The position numbers and the translations under genes are program-made. A stretch of 63,771 nucleotides of DNA, the filler included, from Octopus bimaculoides (taxonomy: Eukaryota): the NCBI RefSeq assembly GCF_001194135.2. It is 8 parts of 8 records of this genome, joined end to end, with 100 filler letters (N's around TTAATTAATTAA, not from the genome) between each part and the next. Parts side by side here need not be neighbours in the genome. Positions count along the whole stretch, not along the records: positions 41,150 to 49,145 come from NC_068986.1; positions 49,246 to 54,524 come from NC_068984.1; positions 54,625 to 59,684 come from NC_068989.1; 5 more parts are not named here. One strand, 5' to 3'. This document shows, one piece after another, positions 45,218 to 59,070 of this stretch (its first letter is position 1; every line of letters begins with the position of its first letter). Below the pieces are notes generated by a model that was not told where the DNA came from, searched no databases, and saw only the letters and a program-made list of their open reading frames with translations.

Positions 45218-48200
45218 TTCTAATCCTAATTTATTTAACCGTCAATGCCAGTTAACATTTCATTTCTCTCTAACGAAGCCTTCTGCCGAAACGTTAGATT
45301 GTTCCTCTTCCTCGTGGCATAACTCATATTACTGTTTTAAGTATGCTTACAACCCTTTGCCAACGCACAGCATTACTACTTTTCTCGGGTTCTACTGTTT
45401 TACTAAAATATCATTGATGGTTATACCGCCAGCTTCTTCGATCCCTCAGTTTCCAAATCCATTCTTTTGTCACAATGGAGGTGAGGGAGACGGCGACGAC
45501 GGTGATAAGAGTCTTCACTGAACTCAGCTCTTGTCACTCCTACAGAATTGTGCCTGATTAAAATGGCGAAGATACCATAAGTGTGATATCTTCTTAATGT
45601 TGGATGGAAGCCATTAAGTCTTATGTGTCCCATACATTGATCTGCAATACACATCGATGACATAATACAAACAACTGACCCTCTCATTATTACTACCTGT
45701 ATTTAATGAAACAGCTTCAGTTTTAATTTGCTCCATAGATTAGAGTAAATCCTTAAAGTTTTAGCCGTGAGGAAATATGATGTTGCGACCTTCTTGAATT
45801 TCACCGGTGAAATAATTAGTAATATAACGTAAGTCTAATGATTTACAATTTGTAATGAAGGCCGATATCAAACTATGATTCTCCTCTGTTCTTAAAACTA
45901 TTTACTCAGCGGAAATTATGAATAATATTATGTGTTTTGCAATATCCAGAAAACTCTGGCTGTGTTAAAATATATTTTGAAAGTGGCTTAGAAACATATA
46001 GAACTTGCTGGTCACTTACAGCCGACATTTTTTTTTTTAATTTTACTTTTGCAGTACAGAAACATAGGTTAAAAATTGGCTTCTGAAAATTTCATCTTAG
46101 ATCGCTAAATCGCATCGGAAAGAACAGAAAAATAATATCTTCGACGGTGCGGAAACATTATAAGTTTGTTCGAGATATACCGCAACGCAATTGTTTAAAT
46201 TAGTTCTCCGTTTAAGTTCATCAAAGCAAATAACTTTGATTGAACTCACTGTGCTATTTGCAAGTATCATAAAAGAAGCACACGTATTCAAGACTGAAAC
46301 ATTCAAGACCAGTCTGGCCAACAGCCTGAGAGAAGCCAACTTCCTGTTCAAGGTTCTCGTTATAGAGGACAGAGTAGAGATTTTATGCGCAAATCAGCTT
46401 ACGATCTAATGAAACAACTCCCAATTTCTGGAAAGAACAGGACCAAAGCTCTAAAGGCAATATCAGCGACAGCGGAAAGGTGTTCCAGCTGGATCTAGTC
46501 GAGAAGGAGCAAAAACAACCTCCATGCCGTTGGAAGGTGATATACTTGCATTTTAACACTAAGGAAAGTAACTCTGAGTGAGAAATTTTGGTAGCGTTGA
46601 GTTCCACCGCTACCATGACAACTAAAGTTATTTCTTATTTAAGTATAAATTTAAAACCTGAGTCAACTGAGAGAATATTTCAATTAGATGAAATTTATAG
46701 GCGATTTAAATGCTCAAGTCTCCGATATTCAAGTGGCTAAAAGGTGTCAGAAGAAGGGCACCCAGAAATCATGACCGGGATGCAGACCGGCCACGTTAGA
46801 GTGTAAATAAGTTAAGAGCCGAAACATATGCTTGAGTGGGATTTCTCCTCTGGAGACCTGCTTTTCAGCTCTCTTGAGAGTTTCTTACCGTCAGTTCCCC
46901 ATTCAAGTGATGAAAATATATTTTTTCTCATCCTAATTCGTTGGAGAACATGTCCAATAAATTTGGGCTATATTTGAAGAGAAGAATTTATTGCATATAC
47001 CTATTCAGCTATCTATGTTTAAAAATATGCTGGCCTGATTATATAATCTAAATGCTAATATTCAAAAGTTCGTATTCAAATTCCACGAAGCTCAAACTTC
47101 AAACAAACTGCATACGCAGTTTTCGTTTTTGTATTTCTAATTAGGCGTGTTACTTATTTGACATTTACATGCTCATAAAACTACGCTGCTCTTTATGCAT
47201 GAATGCAATTGAATCATCCATGTTAGAAATAGTATGTGTGTGTATGTGGTTATATGTTTGTTTATGTATGCATTAAATTCGTTAATAAGACAATCGGTAA
47301 ATTAATTTGGGCTAACCAGTGCAACTACATATTAATTAGTTATACTTATGTATACATACCAAGAAGGGTTAAAATAAGTCCACGAGTCATTATTGTGATT
47401 CGTTTGCTTTTAATTTGTTGGTCATTGTACATGTTAGTGCTAATAGGTGTGAATTAAACACATTTTCCATAAATATTAATGGCACGTTACAGCTTTAGAC
47501 TTGTTTGTTTCATTAATCTGAAATTTTTAGTTGTACTGGTTTACCACCAAAATGTGCCGGACACAAAACCAATCAATCTTTAGTGATTCTGAGCCAATGA
47601 TCTTAAAAATCTTGCTCATTTTCAAGATTAACTAGTTTTTTTTTTCTTTTCTTTTTTCTTGTAATTTAATCTTCAATGTAATGAAACCGTTTGCTGTTTC
47701 GGGAAAAGAGTGTTAATAGATATAAATCTTTGGAAGCTAATTATGGCAAGGATATTCATTTTTAAGAGTTTTGGAGATACATAATTACGTCCCATTTTAA
47801 TTTCTTCAGAACCAATGGAGCGTCAGTTACAACCAACTGTATACACGTGAATTATATGACTTTTACTTAGAGTTTGAAAAAGAACTTACTATACATTTTC
47901 ATGATTGTTTTGCTTTTGAGAGGTAAATAATGTCGCATGCCTATCCGCGTATAGTCTAACAATAATCCGTAAATATTCATAGGTTTCATTTACCCTGGTA
48001 ACGTTTTCCCGGTAGTTATACCCTTGAAAAATCTTTTTTCCATGCTTCAATATTAAAAAAACAACAACAAACAAAACGTGAACTTAGGTAATGTATTTTC
48101 ACAGACATCTTGCGGCCCAGCTCTTGATAGGCCTCACAATGTTTGCGATGAAAGCTTCATAGTTTTCAGTTGGTTTGTTTCCAAATAAATTATAACTATT

Positions 48201-48677
48201 CTGAAAGCTTTCAAAATATCATCAAATGAATCGGTTTTCGGAGGTATGCGTATCTCAAGGCCGAGAAAACACATTAAAAAAATTGTATCACTAATTGCTG
48301 GAAATTATCCCTACAATGATAAATCCAAAACAATGTCGGATTCCTTATAAAACTAATGATAAAGCAGGATACTGTAGTGGTCTCTTCTTTTATTTAATGC
48401 CAATCATAAGGAAATTTTGAAGTTAAGCAAGAATAGAAGTCATTGCTATAGATCTGTGGGCTTTATCCTTACTATAGGTGTTGCGAAATACATAGATTTC
48501 TGCCAGCCATTAACCCTTGAACTGGGGCTGCAGCAAATATGGTGAATATACTCCGGAATAATCATTTAAAGACGTTTTTGTTACATGTTGTTATTGCTTT
48601 TGTTGAGTAAAATTTGTTGAAAAAAGCCGCAATAATTATGCACCAACCTAATATTTCAAAGGCGGAAAGCGTCTACT

Positions 48678-48719
<42 letters not shown>

Positions 48720-49085
48720 GTGTATACATACATACATACATACATACATACATACATACATACATACATACATACATACATACGTCATTCTGATTTTCTA
48801 TTTATTAAATCAATTATGGTATTTATTCGTTATCAGAAAGAATCTATTCGGTGCCTCGTAGAACATTCTCGATATTTTGATTTTACCTTTTTAGCAAAAG
48901 GGATTATCATCCAGTCTATATTTTTAGAACAATTTCTTAAATTATAGTTTGGATTGTAATTAGTGGTTATAGTCGGAGTGAACATTTTGATCTTGTTTCT
49001 TATTGTATTAAAGTTTTTGTCATTGGTATTTTTACTAGTTGACTTTGGTCGGGTGATGAGGCCGTTGTTATAGCTCTTTACATTG

Positions 49086-49120
<35 letters not shown>

Positions 49121-49263
49121 ATACAGATATATATACATATATATANNNNNNNNNNNNNNNNNNNNNNNNNNNNNNNNNNNNNNNNNNNNTTAATTAATTA
49201 ANNNNNNNNNNNNNNNNNNNNNNNNNNNNNNNNNNNNNNNNNNNNTATATATATATATATACA

Positions 49264-49294
<31 letters not shown>

Positions 49295-49482
49295 ATGTAT
49301 GTGTGTATGTATGTATGTAAACACATGTACGCATGCATACATATATACAGACCACGTTTCAAATTAGTCTTCAGGCTTAGATTTCCAATTAGTGTACTTT
49401 TGTCCTCCTTTTCCCCTCTCTTTCTCTCTCTTTCTCTATTTTTCTATATACATTACATACACGCGCGTGCTTATACCTACCA

Positions 49483-49515
<33 letters not shown>

Positions 49516-49516
49516 C

Positions 49517-49547
<31 letters not shown>

Positions 49548-49684
49548 CCTACCTATCTCCCTATCGATCTATCTATCTATCAATCTATGTGTCTGTCTGT
49601 CTATACCTACATATACGTGTGTGTGTATTTGTGTATGTGTGTGTGTGTATGTGTATGTGTGAGTGTATCTAGATGTGTAAATAA

Positions 49685-49724
<40 letters not shown>

Positions 49725-50339
49725 TTGTGTAAGTGTACGTATGTATGTCATCTACCTGTCTGTATCTATGTATGTATATCTATCTATCTATCTATCTATC
49801 TATCAATATATATANNNNNNNNNNNNNNNNNNNNNNNNNNNNNNNNNNNNNNNNNNNNNNNNNNNNNNNNNNNNNNNNNNNNNNNNNNNNNNNNNNNNNN
49901 NNNNNNNNNNNNNNNNNNNNNNNNNNNNNNNNNNNNNNNNNNNNNNNNNNNNNNNNNNNNNNNNNNNNNNNNNNNNNNNNNNNNNNNNNNNNNNNNNNNN
50001 NNNNNNNNNNNNNNNNNNNNNNNNNNNNNNNNNNNNNNNNNNNNNNNNNNNNNNNNNNNNNNNNNNNNNNNNNNNNNNNNNNNNNNNNNNNNNNNNNNNN
50101 NNNNNNNNNNNNNNNNNNNNNNNNNNNNNNNNNNNNNNNNNNNNNNNNNNNNNNNNNNNNNNNNNNNNNNNNNNNNNNNNNNNNNNNNNNNNNNNNNNNN
50201 NNNNNNNNNNNNNNNNNNNNNNNNNNNNNNNNNNNNNNNNNNNNNNNNNNNNNNNNNNNNNNNNNNNNNNNNNNNNNNNNNNNNNNNNNNNNNNNNNNNN
50301 NNNNNNNNNNNNNNNNNNNNNNNNNNNNNNNNNNNNNNN

Positions 50340-50374
<35 letters not shown>

Positions 50375-50375
50375 C

Positions 50376-50408
<33 letters not shown>

Positions 50409-51241
50409 TTGTGTGAATTTGCATATGTATCCGTGTGTGCATGTGTATACACATACACACACACACACATACACACCACACTCAGGTATACTTTTATACG
50501 CCCACACACACACACACACACGCACACACACACACACACATATATATATATACATACCACACTCGGATACACTCGCACACACTCACACACATTCACACAC
50601 ACACATACGTATATATGCGTGTAAATGTTAATATAATGATATTGATATGGGTTTATTTATGTATTCAAAAGAAAAGTGACGTCTGTGAAATACTTATACA
50701 TATATGACACGCAATAGCAGCTCTCTTACTGACACTTTATATTACTGTTCGGTGAGGAACTCAAAAATATTGGCTATTCAAATCCTAATTTCAGTGTGTG
50801 CGTGTGTAAAACAATTCATACATCCATCCCTACATACACATACACACATAGATGTATATATAGTATATACATACATATACATACGCACTACTCGAATACT
50901 TGCATAGAAACATATGGAAAAGAATAGGAACCAATGCAAACATTCTAAATGTTATAATATACATTTTGAATGTGGGAAGTCTAAATATTATTTATCTGTT
51001 GGACGTGGGAGTTAATACCATATAATATTCTTTGACTGCGATTTTTTTCTTTTTTTAATCAGTATTCTGAATATATTTTCACTACTACGTACACTCAAGG
51101 CAAACATGTTAAGATAACACTGAGGAAGAGAAAGCACTCGGAACAAATAAACTCTACGCGAGCTCTCTTTTATAAAATGTCATTTAGAATACAAACAAAC
51201 ACGAACGCAACAGATTTGACCTACATAGACCAAACACGATA

Positions 51242-51282
<41 letters not shown>

Positions 51283-51682
51283 ACAATATGTTGGGAAAGA
51301 TATATTTCGTTTAAAATGTTGGGTATATCAGATATAATATTTAATAGATTAGGCGTTCGTACAGATGGCGAGTGTGAAGGGGAAACGTTGTCAACAATAA
51401 GAATAGTCATCTGTATACTTTTCTATTATATTTTTATACCCTTAAAATCCAGGAAATGAGAGCGGGGATATGAAAACGAGTGCATCAAATAAATCAGATT
51501 AAAGCTTCCATCTGACAATCATCTCGGATTTATAAGATGATTTGCATAACGAGAAAACGATAAATATTCATATTTCGTAGGTTCAGGAATGTACGTAATT
51601 TTTATTTGCCATTTTAAAAATAAATTCGTAGATTAAAATAGCTTACAGTTTATAGCTGTATACAGAGTTTGTTTTTACAGCG

Positions 51683-51716
<34 letters not shown>

Positions 51717-52747
51717 ATATTTATATTTGTCATTGTACATTTTCTCTTCCTGAATGGAGTATAAAGAGTTTATTTTGACCGACCACCTGCACGGCAAAGA
51801 AAAGATTACGTTAAAAAAAAATAACCTCGGTCTTGCTCTTTTCGTCATCCTTTGAACAACCATTCATCTTTAAAGATTTTAAGAATGTCTTGTAGATTTT
51901 TATTGTTCAAGATATCGTAATCAACAGTTGAGTCTAAATCATAGAGTAACTTCATTTTTCTAAGTGTATAAATTCAACCATACTTTGTTTGATTCGCACA
52001 GATTGGTAGATATCCATCCTTTTGTTCTACTGATAACGGGATACGAAGCTGAACGTTCTGTAGATATCTTCTTTTTGCTGTATTTTTCTTAACAAAAATT
52101 TATATCAAGTAGACAGATGACTTCAATAGCAAGGCATGGTTATATTTTGCGAGTGTCGCGGATAGCAATATCAGTTCAGTTTAACTTTTAATTTGGTTGC
52201 TCTTTTTATGTGTAGTTTCTACCAATATTCGTTTCATCCATCGCTCTCAACGCGTTCATTTTTATTGGTCATTATTTTTATATGTATATGTGCGTGCGTA
52301 TGTATGTATGTATGTATGTATGTATGTTTACTTATTCCTTATATTCAGTTTTTCTTAATATTGTCTTAATCTTCAATGTAAAGAATATCTTGATCTCCAA
52401 CTTCAACAGAAAACTCAAAAAGTACATTTTCATTGCAGCAGGAGAATATATATTTTTCTCTGAATGTGCCACTACTGCCTTTACTAGCACTATAGTCAAA
52501 TTTCTCGATGATGTTAGATTCTGATGCTGCGGGTGGTTTCACCGTCATTTGAATGCAGAAAACGATGAATGGCTTTCTCCAGTTAACCAAGAAAGGAAGT
52601 TGCAGTTTTCCAAGCACTGCCTGCGACATGCACAGTCACCAATCTGCCAAGTTATCATCTAGAAACCGAACAATAGGAGAATGAACTATAGGAACTCTTA
52701 CAAACATAGTTAAGATTCTGCTGAAGGTCAATAGTTCTGTTATTACA

Positions 52748-53012
52748 GTTCGATCCCCGGGCTGGGTTGTGTGTTGTGCTCTTGAGCAAGACACTTTATT
52801 TCACATTGTTCCAGTCCACTCGTCTGTAGAAATGTGTTGCGACACCACTGATGCCAAGCTGTATCGGCTTTTGCTCTTTCCTTGGATAACAGCGGTGGCG
52901 TATATGCATGGGCGACTGTTGGTCTTCCATAAACAACCTTGACCGGACTTGTACCCCGGAGGGGAAGTTTCTAGGTGCAATCCCGTGGTCATCCATGACC
53001 GAAGGGGATTTT
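52748..53012 (+). mobile_element. CORE-type tRNA-SINE with RTE-like tail
   Basis: gttcgatccccgggctggg...gtgctcttgagcaagacactttatttcacattgttccagtccactcgtctgtagaaatg...ggtcatccatgaccgaagggg. Confidence 0.8.
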
Positions 53013-53244
53013 TACTCATTACAAACGAGCTTAGGACACTGAAGAGAGAACATGACATGTGAAGCATCTGTCATTGCTAGTTAACACGAATACATTACAA
53101 AATCCTTAAGTTTGCGTACTGTTTTTGGACTAACCCTCCATCAGGATGAGAAGAAAAAATAGATTTTAGCTGAGAAATGAACAGTTGAATTTTTACGTTG
53201 TATATCTCTCCATTGAAAAATCAATCCCGAATGTCAGTTTCTTC

Positions 53245-53490
53245 TCCATTTAAGTATGTATGTATGTATGTATGTATGTATGTATGTATGTATGTATGTA
53301 TGAATTATGTATGTATGTATGTATGTATGTATGTATGTACGTATGAATTATGTATTATGTATGTATGTATGTATGTATGTACGTACGTATGAATTATGTA
53401 TGTATGTATGTATGTAGGTAGGTAGGTAGGTAGGTAGGTAGGTAGGTAGGTAGGTAGGTAGGTAGGCAGATAAGTAGGTAGGTAGGTAGG
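53245..53490. repeat. Compound tetranucleotide microsatellite (GTAT)n to (GTAG)n
   Basis: Directly visible. Confidence 0.95.
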
Positions 53491-53622
53491 TTTTATCAAG
53501 AATTGATAGAACGTGCTGTACACACACACACACACACACATATATACATACGTATATATATACATATGCACATACGTACGTATGTGCATATTATGTATGT
53601 ATGTATTACATATTGTGTATTA

Positions 53623-54342
53623 CGAATTGCATTCCAGAAATTTTGAGACTTTTTTTGGAGAGGAAGTTATAACTGTCCTAAATTATTGTAAGTTTAATGT
53701 ATCATTGCTACGCATCTAATAAGCTGGCCTGCCAACTTTCTTATTCCAAATTGAAGGAAGCTGTAACAGTATTTTGAACACACCTTACTAAACACTGATT
53801 GTCACAACTGTCTAGTTTGCAGAATGCGGTTGGGACATTTGGAAGCTCGCTATGCAATAAAGTTTTGTGTTGAAGAGAGATACCAGAACATCAGAGCTGG
53901 TTGAGCAAATTCGCAATTTTCTTGATAAAGACCGTCGTGTGTCTTTCTAGACACACGACATAAAAGCATTCAGTTTGGAGTTAATGTGAGAATTATACAC
54001 TGAATTATTTATGAAGATCTGAACATGTACAAAATTTGTGCAAAGTTACTTTCTCAAGGGGCTCAGTGACGAGAATTCTGGTAACCAAGTACTTGACAGA
54101 GATGGGCATTAAAACTGTCTTTTGGTTGTTCCTCAAGCTGAAGAACTTCAGGGGCAATTGTTTTGAAGATAAAGGACAAGAGTCCTGAATACCTTCACTG
54201 TGCAGGACTTCCATGGAGCCTTCACTACATGGCTGGAGAGCTACAAGTCGGAGGATTCTATTTCAAAGGAGATAAGAGTTTTGTTCTTTGAAATTAATAA
54301 ATGTCTTTCCTGAAAAAGTCTGAAAACTTTTGGAATTCACCT
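53623..54342 (+). mobile_element. Internally deleted mariner element
   Basis: TA followed by cgaattgcattccagaaattttgagacttttt and the inverted end aaaaagtctgaaaacttttggaattcacct. Remnants EARYAIKFCV, RTSELVEQIRNFLDKDRRVS, EDLNMYKICAK and VLNTFTVQDFHGAFTTWLESYK..GFYFKGD. Confidence 0.8.
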
Positions 54343-54344
54343 TT

Positions 54345-54524
54345 CTCTTTTACTTGTTTCAGTCATTTAACTGCGGCCATGCTGGAGCACCGCCTTTAGT
54401 CGAGCAAATCGACCCCGGGACTTATTCTTTGTAAGCCTAGTACTTATTCTATCGGTCTCTTTTGACGAACCGCTAAGTGACGGGGATATAAACACACCAG
54501 CATCGGTTGTCAAGCGATGCTAGG
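54345..54524 (-). mobile_element. Family C SINE 3' end
   Basis: cttttacttgtttcagtcatttaactgcggccatgctggagcaccgcc...gaaccgctaagt. Confidence 0.88.
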
Positions 54525-56991
54525 NNNNNNNNNNNNNNNNNNNNNNNNNNNNNNNNNNNNNNNNNNNNTTAATTAATTAANNNNNNNNNNNNNNNNNNNN
54601 NNNNNNNNNNNNNNNNNNNNNNNNTATATACATATCGATAGAAGATAGATACACACATTTACATGCATGCAAACAATTATATGTTTTTATGGTATGCCTG
54701 TGAATATATATGCTAGCACGTTTGTGTTCCAAATCACCTATTTTATTGTTTTAGCATTTTAAGTCGTAAATTGCTTTCTATTACATCATTGTTTTTATAT
54801 GCTGTCCATCATGATGTGTTTTTGTATAGAACAATCTCACATTAGTTTCTTATAATATTCATCCAGATAGCTATTGCTACAATCATATCTTGATGATCTT
54901 ATTTCAGTCACTTATAAGAACTCTATAAGCAGCTACTATGGAGATATGCCGATTCATTCTCTGGAGAGTAAAATGTTTCTAATATATGGCAGCTATCACA
55001 CGAATGGGATTTCCTTATTTTTGCAAGATAAGAATGCTAATGCCTCAGGCTTTCTATTTTGAAGTTATATCAATGCAGAAATTTCGATTGAGAATGTAAC
55101 GCGGGTATGTGCTCTAGAATGAATTCGAATTCTCTAGAATTTCCTCTAGAATGAATTCTGTGCTGTCATTGTTTTAAATGTTTCGTGCTACTATAGCCCT
55201 CAACGATAGCCAATCCATGTTCTTTCCATTCATCTACAATGAACATTATGTTAAAAAGTATTAAATGCGCTTATGACTTGATGTTTGATTTGAAAATAAT
55301 ATATATGATATTATGGGTAACTTGTTTTATGACGTATTTTCTAAAACGGTATCATTTGAGGTCACTACACGTAGGTGTACGCTGCTCATTGAGAATCATA
55401 TCTAATCACCTTTAAAAATGTTATCTGAATGCTGTGGAATATACTTGGAAATTTATTGCTGATTTACAAGAATCTTTCCAAATGTTTGTTCTGTGTCTCG
55501 TCTTGAAAAATCTAGAAAGGTTTAGTTTGAGGTATAATACGCTAATAGAAAATTTGCTTAAAGAGTGAAACAGGAGACTATATACAGCTATATGTATCAT
55601 ATTTATACAAGATATATATAACAGTATAATTAACATACAAGCTAAGAAAGCATGTGATAATTTTTCTATAGTGGGGCATTTTTGCATGGACATTTAACCT
55701 TACTCTCAGCTTTTCATGACCTTTTGGCATAATGACTTAGAGATATTATGACTAGCAGGACAATGATTACTTCACGGAATGAATGGCAAATCTACTGGGT
55801 TTATCTTTAAAAACCTGAAAGAGTAGCCTGTATTGTATATGTATGGAAAGAAGTTCGCTCATTTGCAAATCATTGAAAGGTGATAGAAATTGGAATACAA
55901 ATATTACTTAATACACATTATATATACACTTTATGTAATTTATGCACAATTTTAAAGACTTAATATACAGTAATCATAAAATAAATGTTTATTATTACTT
56001 TTCCACTTTTCTCAGAAACAATATATATATATATATATGTCTTGTACATATGATACAACTTTTAGTTAAATTGCAAATATCTGCCAAGTATATAAGCGTG
56101 TATTTTTTCTCGGAATTGCGCTTATGCACATACGTTAAGTGATTCGTGAAATAAAATACTTTCAAAAAATGCATTTTCACTATCTAATCACCACCACTAC
56201 CAACATCACCACCACCGTCTCTTTCTCTCCCTCTCTCTCTCCCCCCGCTCTTTCCGTCCTCTCTCACTCCTTTCTTCACTCACTCTCTCCATCTCCATCT
56301 CCTCTCATTCTGCCTTTCTTTAACCTCACTATCAGAACACCACACCTCTGCTGAAATTAGACTTTTAACTCTCTTCATCTACCTTCAACTAACTTTTCCA
56401 ACAATTAATACTTATTATGTTCCTTCAATCTCACATTATGGATCATGGACGTTTCTCTCTATCTCTTTTTCTGCTCGCCTCTTTCTGTCTCATCCTTCAC
56501 CTTATCCTCTTTTTATTTCTCCTCTTTCTTCCCCCTCTCTTTCACTTCAAGTAATCACGTGAAAGTGTTACAATTACATTCCTCCTACCTAACCCCATGA
56601 ATGCAATCTTTCTCCCTCTTAGTTTTTCTCCCACCCTCTTTTTCTCTCTCTCTGACTTTTCTTTCTACCTCTTTTGCTCTAATCACGTGAAAGCGTTACC
56701 GACGGGCTAAGTAACGCAATGACAAGCAGAATTATTATAAGAACAGATGGCCCCGTGCCGTCTAAAATGAAGGCTAATTGTAGTATTCTATATATAAATA
56801 AGGATAAGAGATAGAATATGGATGGTAATTCAAATTAATACACTTCTCCATGTTTTGTGGTTGTACTTTGAGATGTGATATCGATCATCGTTTGCTACTG
56901 AAGGAACGCTAGTTCACACATATAAAGTTTCACATACTTTATTTATATCATTTACATTGGACTGATATGTGTCCTCGTTTTGTTTGTTGTT

Positions 56992-57038
56992 ACCACAACG
57001 TTTCGGCTGATTTACTCTCCAGCGTTCATCAGGTGTCC
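56992..57038 (-). ncRNA. Minimal type-I hammerhead ribozyme-like motif within a ~200-bp repeat (56930-57130)
   Basis: Minus strand GGACAC-CUGAUGA-A-CGCUG(GAGAGUAAAU)CAGCC-GAAA-CG-UU-GUGGU. Helix III is the palindrome ACGU. This copy has a C-C mismatch at the base of helix II and one mismatch in helix I. Confidence 0.6.
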
Positions 57039-57256
57039 TGGTGGAATTTTGAACCCAACCATGGGTTTTCTTTCCATTGTGAAGGCTTCTTTGATTTTTG
57101 TTTTCTCCGTAGAATTTCAATCATTCCAGAACCAAGTTTGCCACCACTCCTTCCTTCCTAATTCATCTATCACCCTTCCATTCCTCATTCGTATGTTGTG
57201 ACGGAGAAAAACACAATAGTATTATTATAGTAGAAGATGACTCACANNNNNNNNNN

Positions 57257-57300
<44 letters not shown>

Positions 57301-58934
57301 TGTGTGTGTGTGATATTAACATAAATTGTTTGCAGCATATGCCATTAGAAGATAATGGGATCAGATATCGCAAATGAAGTTAAGACAATTCTATATTTAT
57401 TTAATCAGGTTTTCGAAATGATAGTATGTTATAACGAATAGCATATAATTTTGTTATTAAACCATTAGTCTCAATAGGATTTTAACCACTAAATGTAACA
57501 AAGAAATGTAACACTTAAATGGATACCATCAAATTGTTACCATTAATAAGACATAAGGATCTATATAGGAGTTTTAATAAGGAATCTTTAAAGGGTGACA
57601 GAAACTTTAATAATGTCTACCGAAATTAATGTGAGGTAATAGTATATCCAAGCGGTTGACTTTATAACAATAGACAAGTTAGAACATTGAGAGAAAACTA
57701 CCATTAGCACAGATGTTGAAATAGAAATGTGAGAAATATTAACCAAATTTATCATTCTCACTGTTTGATGTAGATTCTACAGTAAAATACGAATAGAACT
57801 AAATGACATATTTGTCTCAATGTATTATTGAAGAAAATTATATGATTAATGTGTAACTAGGACAATAGTTAATGACTGCCAGATATTTAGTAGCACTGGG
57901 TTCATAGCTCCTACCGGAAGGGTTTAAAAGAGACGCCTTGTCTTATCTCACCTATTCTAGGCAATTTTCCTCTATTGTCTACATCTATATCGCACCAGTT
58001 TCCTTCTCGTTATCATTTTCTCTTGAGCGTCATCTGTCTTACATGTGAACTCAACCTATTTCAATTTACGCATAAATTTAGATACAAACTAGTAGTTTTC
58101 AGATGAGGTTCTTTTGTTTTGTTTTTTTTTCCTTTACATCAAACAAGCATCTACTGTCAGAACATCAGACCGATGTATTACTTTATGGACCGCCGCAGGG
58201 ATAATTAGTGAAGTTTGAAATAATTGATATTTGATCTAACACCGTGAACAGCGAGAGCAAACATCAAAAATGATCTTGCTCTACACTGCAGCATTAGTTC
58301 CAATCCAACTCTCTAAACATATAACTGTAACGTAATAATCGCACGTTATCATATAAGTATTATAAAATTCTATCTTAGATATAAAATAGTTGTTCATTTG
58401 ACTTCAGCAGAAAACTGTGTAAAATCAGCATTTTAGAAAGAATCACTAATATTCCAGAATGTTGTTACTTCTAGCTTTGTATCAGCTTCCCACACGCAAC
58501 ATGAAAATACAAATATAGACGGAAAGTAACAGAGATAGCGACATCGCTTCAGCACTTCAAATAGCTGGACATTTTCTTCGATATCTGTAAGGGCGTATTT
58601 CACAAAGCAGATAGTTAACAATTGAAGAAATTCTCTTAGGGATTTCTTTACTGCAATACCTATCAATCAGATTCGCTATTGCCTATTCTCAGATAATTTC
58701 ATTCTGCCCAATAGGTTTGGCTGTTCTACAGACGGAATCTACAATCTGTACACAAAAGCTGGTGGCATAACCACAAAATGCCCATCAAAGAAATATTTTC
58801 ATGGAAAGCACCTGAACGAACACATTTTATTTTGATAACATCGATTATCGTATGGTATATAAGTACGTATAACAACGCAAACTCTTACATAACATCGCTG
58901 ATACACACTCATAAATATTTATATACTTAAATGC

Positions 58935-59070
58935 GCAGTAAAAAGCTTGCTTCTCAGTCGCATGGTTCCGGGTTCAGTTCCAGTGCATAGCAGCTTGAAC
59001 TATTGTCTCCTACCTTAGCAATAAAGGGACCAAGTCTTTGGGAGAGAATTTGCTTTTAGGAAACTGAAAT
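58935..59070 (+). mobile_element. Degenerate family C SINE head and core
   Basis: aagcttgcttctcagtcgcatggttccgggttcagttcc...ggaaactgaaatgag. Confidence 0.65.

Noticed and set aside
55421-55693. Hydrophobic 90-aa ORF resembling a GPCR helix
   Set aside because: The hydrophobic part comes from AT-rich low-complexity sequence, with no GPCR motifs and no upstream continuation.
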